A stretch of 64,000 nt of DNA from Desulfomicrobium sp. (lineage in GTDB: Bacteria; Desulfobacterota; Desulfovibrionia; Desulfovibrionales; Desulfomicrobiaceae), in assembly GCA_040768745.1 (NCBI GenBank), contig JAXGMI010000001.1:288001-352000 (forward strand), given 5' to 3'. Within the stretch, counting starts at the first letter, position 1; each line of letters starts with the position of its first letter. The notes under the pieces were generated by a model. The model did no database searches and had not been told where the DNA came from. It saw only the letters and a list, made by a program, of their open reading frames with translations. Both the position numbers and the translations under genes were made by a program. This document shows positions 9,980 to 19,133 of this stretch, piece after piece.

Positions 9980-10498
9980 ATGTTGACCATGGAACACATG
10001 TCCTCCAACCTCGAAGACTACCTTGAGGTCATTTTCTCCCTCGAATCCCAGCATTCCGAGGCCAGAGCCAAGGACATCGCCGACGCCATGGGCGTGCAGC
10101 GGGCATCCGTGACCAACGCACTGCAGAAACTCTCCCAGCGGGGGCTGATCAACTACCAGCCGTACAGTTCGGTGACCCTTACTCCCGAGGGCTTCCGCAC
10201 GGCCACCCGCATCGTCCATCGCCACAAGGTCCTGTACGATTTCCTGCGCACGTTCCTGCAGATCCGTCCCGAAGTGGCCGCAGAGACCGCCTGCAAACTC
10301 GAACACGACATCGACGACGAAAGCCTGGAAACCTTGACCAAATTCGCACGGTTCATCATGACCTGCCCCCGCACGGGCAAAGACTGGCTGGAGGCCTTCA
10401 CCAGGACCTGCAGGGAGCGCGGGGGTTGCTCCAACTGCACGGAATGCATCCAGTCCTGCCTGGACCGTCTGGACAAGGCCCAATCCAAATCTCCGTGA
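9980..10498 (+). CDS. DtxR/MntR-family metal-dependent regulator with Cys-rich C-terminus
   Basis: EDYLEVI, wHTH, RHKVL, ACKLEH; tail CPRTG...CRERGGCSNCTECIQSC. Confidence 0.92.
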   Translation: MLTMEHMSSNLEDYLEVIFSLESQHSEARAKDIADAMGVQRASVTNALQKLSQRGLINYQPYSSVTLTPEGFRTATRIVHRHKVLYDFLRTFLQIRPEVAAETACKLEHDIDDESLETLTKFARFIMTCPRTGKDWLEAFTRTCRERGGCSNCTECIQSCLDRLDKAQSKSP

Positions 10499-10519
10499 AT
10501 CACGACAGCGGGATGCGGC

Positions 10520-10547
10520 TTGACAAATTAGATGTATTAAATATTTT
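10520..10547 (+). promoter_or_regulatory. Sigma-70 promoter of the feo operon with an embedded operator-like site
   Basis: TTGACA-16 nt-TATTTT; spacer holds TTAGATGTATTAAA, similar to the 9945 palindrome. Confidence 0.55.
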
Positions 10548-10637
10548 CTCTGGCCACCCCCTCAATCCGAGCAAAAAAATCCGGTTTCCGCTTCCGAGGG
10601 GATTCACAGCAGAAACCGCCGATCAAGGAGAGCATTC

Positions 10638-10889
10638 GTGGGCACCATCGTCAATCTGCGCAGGATGCGCCTGGACCAGAGCGGGGTCATCAGGGCCATT
10701 TCCGCCCAAGGCGAACTTGGCCGCAGGATCCGGGACATGGGCCTGGTGCCGGGGACGGAGATCACCGTCATCGGACGCGCCCCCCTGAAAGACCCCGTGG
10801 CCCTGCGCCTGAAAGGGTTCACCCTGACCCTGCGCAACAGCGAAGCGGACTACATCACTGTCGAACTCGCGGATTCCGATCTTGTCTGA
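10638..10889 (+). CDS. feoA: Ferrous iron transport protein A
   Basis: RRIRDMGLVPGTEI, APLKDPV, LRNSEA; RBS AAGGAG, GTG start. Confidence 0.93.
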   Translation: MGTIVNLRRMRLDQSGVIRAISAQGELGRRIRDMGLVPGTEITVIGRAPLKDPVALRLKGFTLTLRNSEADYITVELADSDLV

Positions 10890-13053
10890 ACCCACAGCCA
10901 TCACCATCGCCCTGGCCGGCAACCCCAACGCCGGGAAGACCACCCTGTTCAACGCCCTGACCGGTTCCCGCCAGCATGTCGGCAATTATCCCGGCATCAC
11001 GGTGGAAAAGAAGGAGGGGTTTGTGGACACCCCTGCCGGCATGGTGCGGGTCGTGGACCTGCCCGGCACGTATTCCCTGACCGCCTACTCCCAGGAAGAG
11101 CTGGTGGCCCGCGATTTCCTGATCCACCAGCGGCCCCATGGCGTGATCAACGTCCTGGATGCCACCAGCCTGGAGCGCAACCTCTACCTGACCGTGCAGT
11201 TCCTCGAACTGGGGATCCCTGTCACCCTGGCCCTGAACATGGTCGATGCCCTGGAGTCCAAGGGGATCCGCATCGATGCCCGCCGATTGTCGGAGCTCAT
11301 GCGCCTGCCCGTGGTGCAGACCGTGGCCAGGTCGGGCAAAGGGGTGCGCGAGGCCCTGGACGCAGCCCTGGCCAATCCGCAGAAAACCTGGGAACCGCTG
11401 CACATCTCCTACGGTCCAGACCTGGATCCCGTGCTGCAGGAGATGACCTCCCTGATCGAGGAGAGACATTTTCTGACCGCGGTATATCCCCCACGCTGGC
11501 TGGCCCTCAAATTCCTGGAGAACGACGCTGTCGTGCGGCAGCTGTTCGAGGCGGACCACGACCTGCACCGCAGCATGCGGGATCTGGACGCGACCGTAAC
11601 CGCGCACTGCGCCAAGACCCTGAACTCCCAGCCCGAATTCCTGGTCGCCGACTACCGCTACGGGTACATTGCATCCCTGCTCCGCCAGGGCGTGCTGACT
11701 ATCCTGCCAGACCTGTACAACCGGGCCGATCTTTCGGACAAGATTGACTCCGTGCTGACTCATCAGGTGGCCGGGCCGGTCATCATGCTTGCCGTCCTTT
11801 ACGGTCTGTTCAGCCTGACCTTCGCCCTGGGGCAGGTACCCATGGGCTGGGTGGAAGCCTTTTTCGGCTGGCTCTCCGGTCTGGCCGAGACGCTGCTGCC
11901 CGCGGGCCTGTTCCGGTCCATGGTGGTGGATGGCATCATTGCCGGAGTGGGCGGGGTGCTCGGCTTCGTGCCCTTGATCCTGATCATGTTTCTGGGCATC
12001 ACCTTTCTGGAGGATTCGGGCTACATGGCCCGCATGGCCTACATGCTGGACCGGGTTTTCCGCGCGTTCGGCCTGCACGGCAGCTCCGTGGTCCCCTTCA
12101 TCATCTCCGGAGGCATCCCTGGCGGCTGCGCAGTGCCTGGAGTGATGGCCGCCAGGACGTTGCGCAGTCCCAAAGAAAAACTGGCCACCCTGCTCACCGC
12201 CCCGTTCATGGCCTGTGGCGCCAAGGTTCCGGTTTTCATTCTCCTGGCCGCGGCTTTTTTCCCCGCTCACGGGGCCACTGTCATGTTCTGCATCACCCTG
12301 GCCGGCTGGGCCGCAGCCCTGGTGGTGGCCAGGGTTCTGCGCTCATCCCTCATCCGCGGGCCCTCCACCCCCTTTGTCATGGAGCTGCCTCCTTACCGCA
12401 TGCCCACGTCCATGGGTCTCGTGCTGCATACCTGGGAACGCGGGTGGCAGTACATCAAAAAGGCCGGCACCGTGATCCTGGCCATCTCCGTGCTGATCTG
12501 GGCCATGATGGTCTTCCCCCGTCTGCCCCAGGAACAATCTGCCCTGTTCAAGACGGAAATCGCAAAGCTGGAACAGCAACTGGCTGTCGCAGTGGACGAC
12601 GGGACCCGCCAAGAACTCCAGGCCTCCATCGATCTGATGGAACTGCGCCGCAAGGAGCAGGGACTGACCCATTCCCTGGCAGGCCGCATCGGACAGGCCA
12701 TCGAACCCGTGACCTCCTGGGCCGGATTTGACTGGCGGACCAATATCGCCCTGCTGGGCGGCATCGCGGCCAAGGAAGTCATCGTTTCCACCCTGTCCAC
12801 CGCCTACGCCATGAACGACGAGGGAGACCTCGGATTTTCCAGGCGCATTGCCCAGGCTGAGGGTTGGAACACCAGCGTCGCCGTCAGCCTGATGCTCTTC
12901 GTGCTCCTGTACTCGCCGTGCTTCGTCACCGTGGTGGCCATTTCCCGGGAGGCTTCGTGGGGCTGGGCCGTGTTCAGCGTGCTCTTCAACACCGGTTTTG
13001 CCTTTGGCCTGTCAACGGCCATCTATCAACTTGGCATACGTCTGGGATGGTGA
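10882..13053 (+). CDS. feoB: Ferrous iron transport protein B
   Basis: GNPNAGKTT, GNYPGITVE, DLPGTYSL, NMVD; membrane domain with LEDSGY, PFVMELPPYR. Confidence 0.96.
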   Translation: MSEPTAITIALAGNPNAGKTTLFNALTGSRQHVGNYPGITVEKKEGFVDTPAGMVRVVDLPGTYSLTAYSQEELVARDFLIHQRPHGVINVLDATSLERNLYLTVQFLELGIPVTLALNMVDALESKGIRIDARRLSELMRLPVVQTVARSGKGVREALDAALANPQKTWEPLHISYGPDLDPVLQEMTSLIEERHFLTAVYPPRWLALKFLENDAVVRQLFEADHDLHRSMRDLDATVTAHCAKTLNSQPEFLVADYRYGYIASLLRQGVLTILPDLYNRADLSDKIDSVLTHQVAGPVIMLAVLYGLFSLTFALGQVPMGWVEAFFGWLSGLAETLLPAGLFRSMVVDGIIAGVGGVLGFVPLILIMFLGITFLEDSGYMARMAYMLDRVFRAFGLHGSSVVPFIISGGIPGGCAVPGVMAARTLRSPKEKLATLLTAPFMACGAKVPVFILLAAAFFPAHGATVMFCITLAGWAAALVVARVLRSSLIRGPSTPFVMELPPYRMPTSMGLVLHTWERGWQYIKKAGTVILAISVLIWAMMVFPRLPQEQSALFKTEIAKLEQQLAVAVDDGTRQELQASIDLMELRRKEQGLTHSLAGRIGQAIEPVTSWAGFDWRTNIALLGGIAAKEVIVSTLSTAYAMNDEGDLGFSRRIAQAEGWNTSVAVSLMLFVLLYSPCFVTVVAISREASWGWAVFSVLFNTGFAFGLSTAIYQLGIRLGW

Positions 13054-13307
13054 TGTTTTTCTGCAAACACAAAGAAGGGCAGACCGGGGCCCGCACCCTG
13101 TGCGACCTCAAGGAAGGGGAAAAGGCCGTGGTGCGCTGTCTGGCCAGGACCCAGGATTGTCATGTGGGCAAGCTTGCGGCCATGGGGCTCACCCCAGGCA
13201 CCGAAGTGGAGATGATCTCCAACTCCAGTGGTCCCCTGCTGATCCTGGTCCGCTCCGGGCGGCTGTGCCTGTGCCGCAATCTCGCCCAGGCCGTCCTGGT
13301 GGAATGA
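13053..13307 (+). CDS. feoA: Second FeoA-family protein
   Basis: LKEGEKAVV, KLAAMGLTPGTEVEM, GPLLI; ATG overlaps the feoB TGA. Confidence 0.85.
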   Translation: MFFCKHKEGQTGARTLCDLKEGEKAVVRCLARTQDCHVGKLAAMGLTPGTEVEMISNSSGPLLILVRSGRLCLCRNLAQAVLVE

Positions 13308-13993
13308 AGATCTCCGTCATCATCCCGGTCTACCGTGAGGAAAATCTCCCAGGGCTGCTGGCGGACCTCCTGGACCGGCCGGACCTGGAAGACACCGAAG
13401 TCCTGGTGGTGCGCGGCGATGCCGGACAGACGGCCCTGGACGGCATGGCCGGCCTGGGCGTGACCTGCCTGTCCTCCCCCCCGGGGCGCGGTCTGCAGCA
13501 GAACCGTGGCGCGGCGGCGGCCGCAGGAGATGTCCTGCTGTTCCTGCACGCCGACACACGGCTTCCCCACCGTGCCTTTGCCGCCATCCGCAACACGCTG
13601 CAGGACAGCCATCTGGCCGGAGGGGCCTTCCGCCTGGGCTACGCGCCCTCCTCCCCCGGGCTCGATTTCATCGCGGCGGCGGCCAACCTGCGTTCCCGAT
13701 TGACCCGGGTCCCTTACGGGGACCAGGCTATTTTTGTGCGCCGGGACATTTTCGAGGCCTTGGGAGGGTTCGAGGGCATACCCATCATGGAGGATGTGGA
13801 CTTCATGACCAGGCTGCGCAAGGCCGGACATCCTGTCCGCATCCTACATACGGCCGTGCGCACCTCGGCCCGCCGACAGCAGCGTGAAGGCATCGCGTGG
13901 TGCACGTTGCGCAACCTGCTGCTCCGCCTCCTCTATCACCTGGGCGCTCCTCCCCGGACCCTGGCAAGCCTGTACCGCAGGCACGGAGACTGA
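13304..13993 (+). CDS. GT2 glycosyltransferase, TIGR04283-like (rSAM/selenodomain-associated transferase 2)
   Basis: ISVIIPV, GRGLQQNRGA, LLFLHADT, YGDQAIFVRR, PIMED, TSARR. Confidence 0.88.
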   Translation: MKISVIIPVYREENLPGLLADLLDRPDLEDTEVLVVRGDAGQTALDGMAGLGVTCLSSPPGRGLQQNRGAAAAAGDVLLFLHADTRLPHRAFAAIRNTLQDSHLAGGAFRLGYAPSSPGLDFIAAAANLRSRLTRVPYGDQAIFVRRDIFEALGGFEGIPIMEDVDFMTRLRKAGHPVRILHTAVRTSARRQQREGIAWCTLRNLLLRLLYHLGAPPRTLASLYRRHGD

Positions 13994-13994
13994 A

Positions 13995-14657
13995 ATGCGG
14001 GTCATCGTGTTCACGAAATTCCCCCGGCCCGGGCTGGTCAAGACCCGGCTGGCCCGAAGCATCGGTTTCGATCACGCCGCGGCCCTGCAGGCCGCCTTTC
14101 TCCGCGACGAACTGGACATGCTCGCAGGGCTGAACGCGGCCGTGACCCTGTGCTGCGACCCCGTTGTTCCCCTGCGCGAGTACATGGACCTCCTGGGCCG
14201 CGGATTCTGCTACACCGAACAATGCGGGGCGGATCTGGGCCAGAGGATGATCTGCACCATGAACGCAGCCCTGGAAGACGGGCCGGCCCTCCTCATCGGC
14301 AGCGACCTTCCCGACCTGCCCCGGACGAGCATTGCCGAGGCATGGGAGATGCTGGACCATGCGTCTGTCTGCCTCGGCCCGACTCCGGACGGCGGATTCC
14401 ATCTGCTGGGACTGCGCCGTCCCCTCCCGCAGGAGGTCTTTGCCGGGGTGCGATGGGGGGCACCTGACGTGCTGGCCCGCTCCCTCGGCAACTTCAGCGC
14501 CCTGGGCATAGGGCCAAGGTTGTTGCCCTCATGGCCCGACGTGGACACGCATATGGATCTGCTGGACTACGCCCGCCGCAACCAGGACAGCTCCGCCCAC
14601 ACCATGGTCTACATCCGGGAGCACAATCTGGTTCAGAACTTTGGCATCAGCTCTTGA
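13995..14657 (+). CDS. TIGR04282/DUF2064-like transferase
   Basis: FTKFPRPGLVKTRLA, QCGADLGQRM, IGSDLP, GPTPDGGFHLLG, DVDT. Confidence 0.85.
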   Translation: MRVIVFTKFPRPGLVKTRLARSIGFDHAAALQAAFLRDELDMLAGLNAAVTLCCDPVVPLREYMDLLGRGFCYTEQCGADLGQRMICTMNAALEDGPALLIGSDLPDLPRTSIAEAWEMLDHASVCLGPTPDGGFHLLGLRRPLPQEVFAGVRWGAPDVLARSLGNFSALGIGPRLLPSWPDVDTHMDLLDYARRNQDSSAHTMVYIREHNLVQNFGISS

Positions 14658-14667
14658 GGACGGGAAC

Positions 14668-15006
14668 ATGGCCGACTCCTGCAATACAGTCTATTCCACG
14701 GAACAGCGCATCTGCCGCAAATGCGGACAGGCCTCCTGCGTCTGCCGGGCAACCCGACCCCCGGCCAGGGGTCCTGTGCGGGTTGGCCGGGAGACCAAGG
14801 GCCGCAAAGGTGCCGGGGTGACCGTAGTCACGGGCCTGGGTCTGCCGGAGGCGGAAATGAAACAACTGCTCTCCGCCTGCAAAAAACGTTTGGGCTGTGG
14901 CGGGACCCTGCGCGGGGAGGTGCTTGAATTCCAGGGCGAACACCGCGACGCCCTGGTGGCGGAACTGGCGGCCCTGGGCATCGCGGCCAAGAAATCCGGC
15001 AGCTGA
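14668..15006 (+). CDS. yciH: Translation initiation factor SUI1/YciH
   Basis: RETKGRKGAGVTVVTGL, KKRLGCGGT, EFQGEHR; N-terminal CRKC..CVC. Confidence 0.9.
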   Translation: MADSCNTVYSTEQRICRKCGQASCVCRATRPPARGPVRVGRETKGRKGAGVTVVTGLGLPEAEMKQLLSACKKRLGCGGTLRGEVLEFQGEHRDALVAELAALGIAAKKSGS

Positions 15007-15091
15007 TGTCTTTTGGCCGGGATCGGGAAACGCCGTGACGAGACCTGGCCCGGACCCGGCACCGTTCCCCGGATTGCACCCCGTTGATGCC

Positions 15092-15123
15092 AAAAAAAAC
15101 CCCCGCCGGAAACCCAGCGGGGG
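15092..15123 (-). terminator. Intrinsic terminator downstream of greA
   Basis: CCCCCGC/GCGGGGG stem followed by T8 on the minus strand. Confidence 0.75.
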
Positions 15124-15147
15124 CCTGCAGGCACATCCCAGCATCAC

Positions 15148-15639
15148 CTATCTGCTGAGACCGGCTGAACCCAGAAAGTTGACGGACATGATCTCGTACT
15201 CTACCCGCCCACGCGGCACCTGCACCGAAACCTCGTCTCCTTCCTGCTTGCCGAGAATGGCCCGTCCCACGGGCGACTCGATGGAAATGCTCCCTCTGGT
15301 GTGGTCAGCCTCGTCCGGTCCCAAAAGGGTATAGGTCCTGTTCTCCCCGCTGTCCATGTCCTCCAGGGTCACGGTGGCCCCGAAGACAACCCGGTCGGAC
15401 TGCAGGGTATCGATGTCGATGATGTCGAAACGGGCCATGCGCGATTCAATATGGCTGATGCGGGCCTCCAGAAGTCCCTGGCGCTCCCGGGCTGCGTCGT
15501 AGCCGGCGTTCTCACGCAGGTCGCCTTCCTCCCGGGCTTCCTTGATGGCCTGGATGACGGCTGGCCGTTCTCGTTTCAGACCTTCCAGCTCCTTTTCCAA
15601 ACGTCTGTAGCCTGCCAATGAAATGGGAATTCTGTTCAT
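15148..15639 (-). CDS. greA: Transcription elongation factor GreA
   Basis: AREEGDLRENAGYDAA, VVFGATV, ISIESPVGRAILGK. Confidence 0.96.
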   Translation of the reverse strand: MNRIPISLAGYRRLEKELEGLKRERPAVIQAIKEAREEGDLRENAGYDAARERQGLLEARISHIESRMARFDIIDIDTLQSDRVVFGATVTLEDMDSGENRTYTLLGPDEADHTRGSISIESPVGRAILGKQEGDEVSVQVPRGRVEYEIMSVNFLGSAGLSR

Positions 15640-15676
15640 CGTCGTCTTTCACCGTCACACAGGGTCCAGGGCCCGG

Positions 15677-15720
15677 AAAAAAAAGATGCTTTGCTCACCA
15701 GGGCCCGTGGGGAGCAAAGC
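15677..15720 (-). terminator. Terminator/attenuator hairpin just upstream of greA
   Basis: GCTTTGCTC/GAGCAAAGC stem followed by ATC-T8 on the minus strand, ~38 nt before the greA ATG. Confidence 0.7.
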
Positions 15721-15844
15721 CATAACTGTAACCTCAGATGCGATCCGATATCCCTGGTAGTTCATCCCGGACTTCGGGTCAAGGCCCCATACAATCCCGC
15801 TGCCTGCCCAGGGGCGGAAACTCCGACCCTGCTCCGATGCCGGC

Positions 15845-16065
15845 ATGACATGGCCAAGTTGGGCAAAGACGTCCACAACCGCTGGACGCAGCCGCCCGTC
15901 ATGCACATCCTGCACCGTGCGCATCTGCCGAATCATCTGCTCCAGACAGCCATCCTCGTTGACCAGAAGCCAGATGCAGCCCGCTTGGCTCCCTGCCGAG
16001 GGACAGGCAGGAAGGCCCCGCGGAAAAAAAGACCGCTGACATGGGACATGTGGATGTTCCTGGCC
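15845..16065 (-). pseudogene. ilvN: Frameshifted remnant of acetolactate synthase small subunit (IlvN-type ACT domain)
   Basis: One frame RNIHMSHVSGLFFRGAF, another frame CIWLLVNEDGCLEQMIRQMRTVQDV; both match consecutive segments of IlvN. Confidence 0.7.
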
Positions 16066-16328
16066 TGCGGACAACATTCCTGCACCTCTCTGGAACCGGG
16101 GTTCACGATCCACGATTTTGCGTGGCGGCCCGCATGGCCCTGTCGAGCAGGAACCGCTTGACTTCCCTGCCCTGGGACGTCAGGAAGTGCGGCGCGCCCT
16201 GCCAATACCGATCCCAACAGGCATGCGGACCGGAACTTGATTCAGGAATGTATTGCAGGCATAGTGCCATGGTCTGCGCGAACAACCACCATTGATCATA
16301 TTCAACTTCAAATCTCACAGGAGAACCC

Positions 16329-16880
16329 ATGGCCACATCGGAATACACGCTTTTCAGCGGCGGCGCCCAGGGCACGGAAGCGGAATTTGGCCGTCTGGCC
16401 GAACAATACGGGGTCCAGGAAGTGACCTTTACCTTTGAGGGGCACAAGGTCGAACGGACCAGAGGGATGCGCGTGCTGACCCCCGAGGAACTGATGCGCA
16501 AGGATGTGAGCCTGAGCTATGTCTCCAAGCTCCTGAACAGGACATTCACCAACGCGCCCACCATGCGCAAGATCCTGCAAACCATCATGTACCAAATCGA
16601 CGCCGGGCACGAGGTCTTTGTCGTCGGCACCATCATGGAGGACGGAACGGTCAAGGGCGGAACTGGCTGGGGAACAGAATTCGCAAAAATCTGCAACAAA
16701 CCCCTGTACGCCTTTGGACAGGTCCGTAATTGCTGGCACAAGTGGACCGGCGAAATCTGGGAGCGCTGCGACACCCCCGTCATCACAAGCCTCCATTTCG
16801 CCGGCACCGGGACGCGCTTCCTTGAAGACAATGGCCGCATAGCCATTGCCGAGCTTTTTGCCAAATCGTTCGGAAAATAA
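16329..16880 (+). CDS. Conserved hypothetical protein, SLOG/Rossmannoid-like
   Basis: RBS AGGAG; SGGAQG and KGGTGW motifs, FAGTGTR. Confidence 0.75.
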   Translation: MATSEYTLFSGGAQGTEAEFGRLAEQYGVQEVTFTFEGHKVERTRGMRVLTPEELMRKDVSLSYVSKLLNRTFTNAPTMRKILQTIMYQIDAGHEVFVVGTIMEDGTVKGGTGWGTEFAKICNKPLYAFGQVRNCWHKWTGEIWERCDTPVITSLHFAGTGTRFLEDNGRIAIAELFAKSFGK

Positions 16881-16905
16881 TCCCATCCAGGGCCGCGGAG
16901 CGGCC

Positions 16906-18441
16906 CTACCCTCCCACATACCGGGCAGCTGCAGACGCCACGGCGACTCCATCCATGGCCGCGGACATGATTCCTCCGGCATGCCCCGCCCCTTCGCCGC
17001 AAGGAAAAAGGCCGTCCAGGCCAGGGTGCATGCAGGTAATGCTGTCGCGAGGAATGCGCACCGGCGAGCTGGTCCGCGACTCCACAGCCAACAGCGTGGC
17101 CTCGGAGCTGTCGAAACCTTTATGCCTGCGGCCGAAAATCGTCAGCCCCTGGCGTAAGGCCCGGACCACAAAGTCCGGCAGGAGTGCGTGCAGCGGGGCC
17201 GAATGGATGCCCGGGATATACGAGGACCTGGGCAGCACTTTGGTCAGCCGGCCTTGCATGAAATCAGCCGCGCTCTGGGCCGGCGCCTGCTGGGTGACCT
17301 GGTCTCCGGCTTCGAACATGGCCTTTTCGACCCCGGCCTGGAAGCGCAGCAAGGCCAGGGTGTCGTCTCCCTGCACGTCGGACAGGCGGATCTCGGTGAC
17401 CAATCCGGCATTGGCCAAGGGCGCCTTGCGGCTGGCCAGGCTCATTCCGTTCAGAACCAGTTCTCCCGGAGCCGTGGAAGCGGGAACCACAAACCCCCCC
17501 GGGCACATGCAAAAGGAGAAAACACCCCTTTCCCCGGTCTGGCATGCGATGCGGTAACTGGCTGCGGGCAGGGAGGGATGCCGGGGAGAATGGTGGTAGA
17601 ACATCCTGTCCACCAGGGTCTGCGGGTGTTCGATGCGCACACCCAGGGCAAAGGGTTTGGCTTCCAGCAGAATCCCCCGCCGGTGCAGCAGGGCGTAGAT
17701 ATCCCGGGCCGAATGCCCGGTGGCCAGGATGACGGCGTCCGCGTCCACCTGCTGGCCATTGTCCAGGCGCACCCCGCGCAACACTCCGGCATCCACCACA
17801 AGATCCGCGACATGGGCGCCGAAATGAATCTCCCCTCCGGCGCCTTCGACGGACGCGCGCATGGAGCGCACCAGGCGGGGCAGGACATTGGAACCCAGGT
17901 GGGGATGGGCGTCCACGCCAATGTCCGGGGATGCACCGTGTGCCACGAAAAGATCCAGAATGCGATCCACGTTCCCGCGCTTTGTGGACCGGGTATAGAG
18001 CTTGCCATCGGAATATGTCCCGGCCCCGCCCTCCCCGAAACAGTAGTTGGAGTGGGGATGAATGAGCCCCTGGGAGTAGATCTTCTTCACGTCTTTGAGC
18101 CGGCCGAGCACGTCCCGGCCACGCTCCAGAACCACCGGCTTGACCCCCGCCTCCAGCAGGGTCAGGGCCGCGAAGTATCCGCCCGGTCCGGCCCCGACCA
18201 CAACCACCCTCTTCCCCCCAAGAGGCCTGGGCCGGAAGCACGTCCGCACCGGATCCTCCCCCCCCACGGCCACGCGGAGCAGGAATCTGGGCATCTTGGA
18301 CCGGGCGTCTATGGACCGCCTGGTCACGCGCACCCGGAGCTGCCCGTCGTCCCGCAAACCGGCCCTGGCCAGGGCCAGAGACCGGATCATCTGGGCGTCG
18401 CCCATGTGGTCCGGATCTACGATCAGATCAACAATCTGCAT
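16906..18441 (-). CDS. FAD-dependent oxidoreductase (uncharacterised COG2509-type)
   Basis: VVGAGPGG, FGEGGAGTYSDGKL, ATGHSARD, GVRIEHPQ, FCMCPGG, GEGAGHAGGIMSAA. Confidence 0.88.
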   Translation of the reverse strand: MQIVDLIVDPDHMGDAQMIRSLALARAGLRDDGQLRVRVTRRSIDARSKMPRFLLRVAVGGEDPVRTCFRPRPLGGKRVVVVGAGPGGYFAALTLLEAGVKPVVLERGRDVLGRLKDVKKIYSQGLIHPHSNYCFGEGGAGTYSDGKLYTRSTKRGNVDRILDLFVAHGASPDIGVDAHPHLGSNVLPRLVRSMRASVEGAGGEIHFGAHVADLVVDAGVLRGVRLDNGQQVDADAVILATGHSARDIYALLHRRGILLEAKPFALGVRIEHPQTLVDRMFYHHSPRHPSLPAASYRIACQTGERGVFSFCMCPGGFVVPASTAPGELVLNGMSLASRKAPLANAGLVTEIRLSDVQGDDTLALLRFQAGVEKAMFEAGDQVTQQAPAQSAADFMQGRLTKVLPRSSYIPGIHSAPLHALLPDFVVRALRQGLTIFGRRHKGFDSSEATLLAVESRTSSPVRIPRDSITCMHPGLDGLFPCGEGAGHAGGIMSAAMDGVAVASAAARYVGG

Positions 18442-18635
18442 GACAACCCCAGGATCATCAGGATTTGCGTGATGGCTCCGCACGCCGGCGGCCCACTTCA
18501 GGACCCTGGGCGGCCGGCTCACAAACCATTGCCACCCGGCACCTGCCTGCCCGGGTCGTCAAGTGGCACCCCCTCCCCTGACTCGTATCCGCTGCAACAT
18601 GGGCAGGGGCCAGGATCTCCCTCGGGAGGACCGCC

Positions 18636-19133
18636 TCATTTTCCAGGCATCTTCAGGTGCTCCAGGACCTTCTGGTGCGCCTGCCGTGACTTTTCCGTTT
18701 CCAGATTGGGAATCTCTTCCCGGTCCACGTAGCGGATGGCCGCGCAGGGGCACATCTCCACACAGGCCGGACCCATGCCCACCTGGCGGCGCTGGGCGCA
18801 CATGTCGCACTTGGCCACCATGACCCCGCGGTCCGTCTCGAACATGGCGCTGTGGGGACAGGCCAGGATGCAGTTCTTGGTTTGGCAGCCGCGGCAGAGC
18901 ATGGGCTGCAGGATGACGGCCCCGTCCTTGTCTTTCTTCAGGGCCCCGCGCGGGCAGGCGTTGGCGCACTTGGGGTTCTCACAGTGCAGGCAGTACAGGG
19001 GCACCATGACGCCGTCCACGGTGCGGGTCATGTGGATACGCGAGGTGTCGTTGGTGAAGCGGCACACGTATTCGCAGGTCTCGCAGCCGATGCACAGGCT
19101 GTAGTCGATGTACAGGGTCTTGCTGCAGCTCAT
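18636..19133 (-). CDS. 4Fe-4S dicluster (DmsB/HydN-type) electron transfer protein
   Basis: CIGCETCEYVC, CLHCENPKCANACP, CRGC..CILACP, KCDMC..ACVEMCP. Confidence 0.92.
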   Translation of the reverse strand: MSCSKTLYIDYSLCIGCETCEYVCRFTNDTSRIHMTRTVDGVMVPLYCLHCENPKCANACPRGALKKDKDGAVILQPMLCRGCQTKNCILACPHSAMFETDRGVMVAKCDMCAQRRQVGMGPACVEMCPCAAIRYVDREEIPNLETEKSRQAHQKVLEHLKMPGK

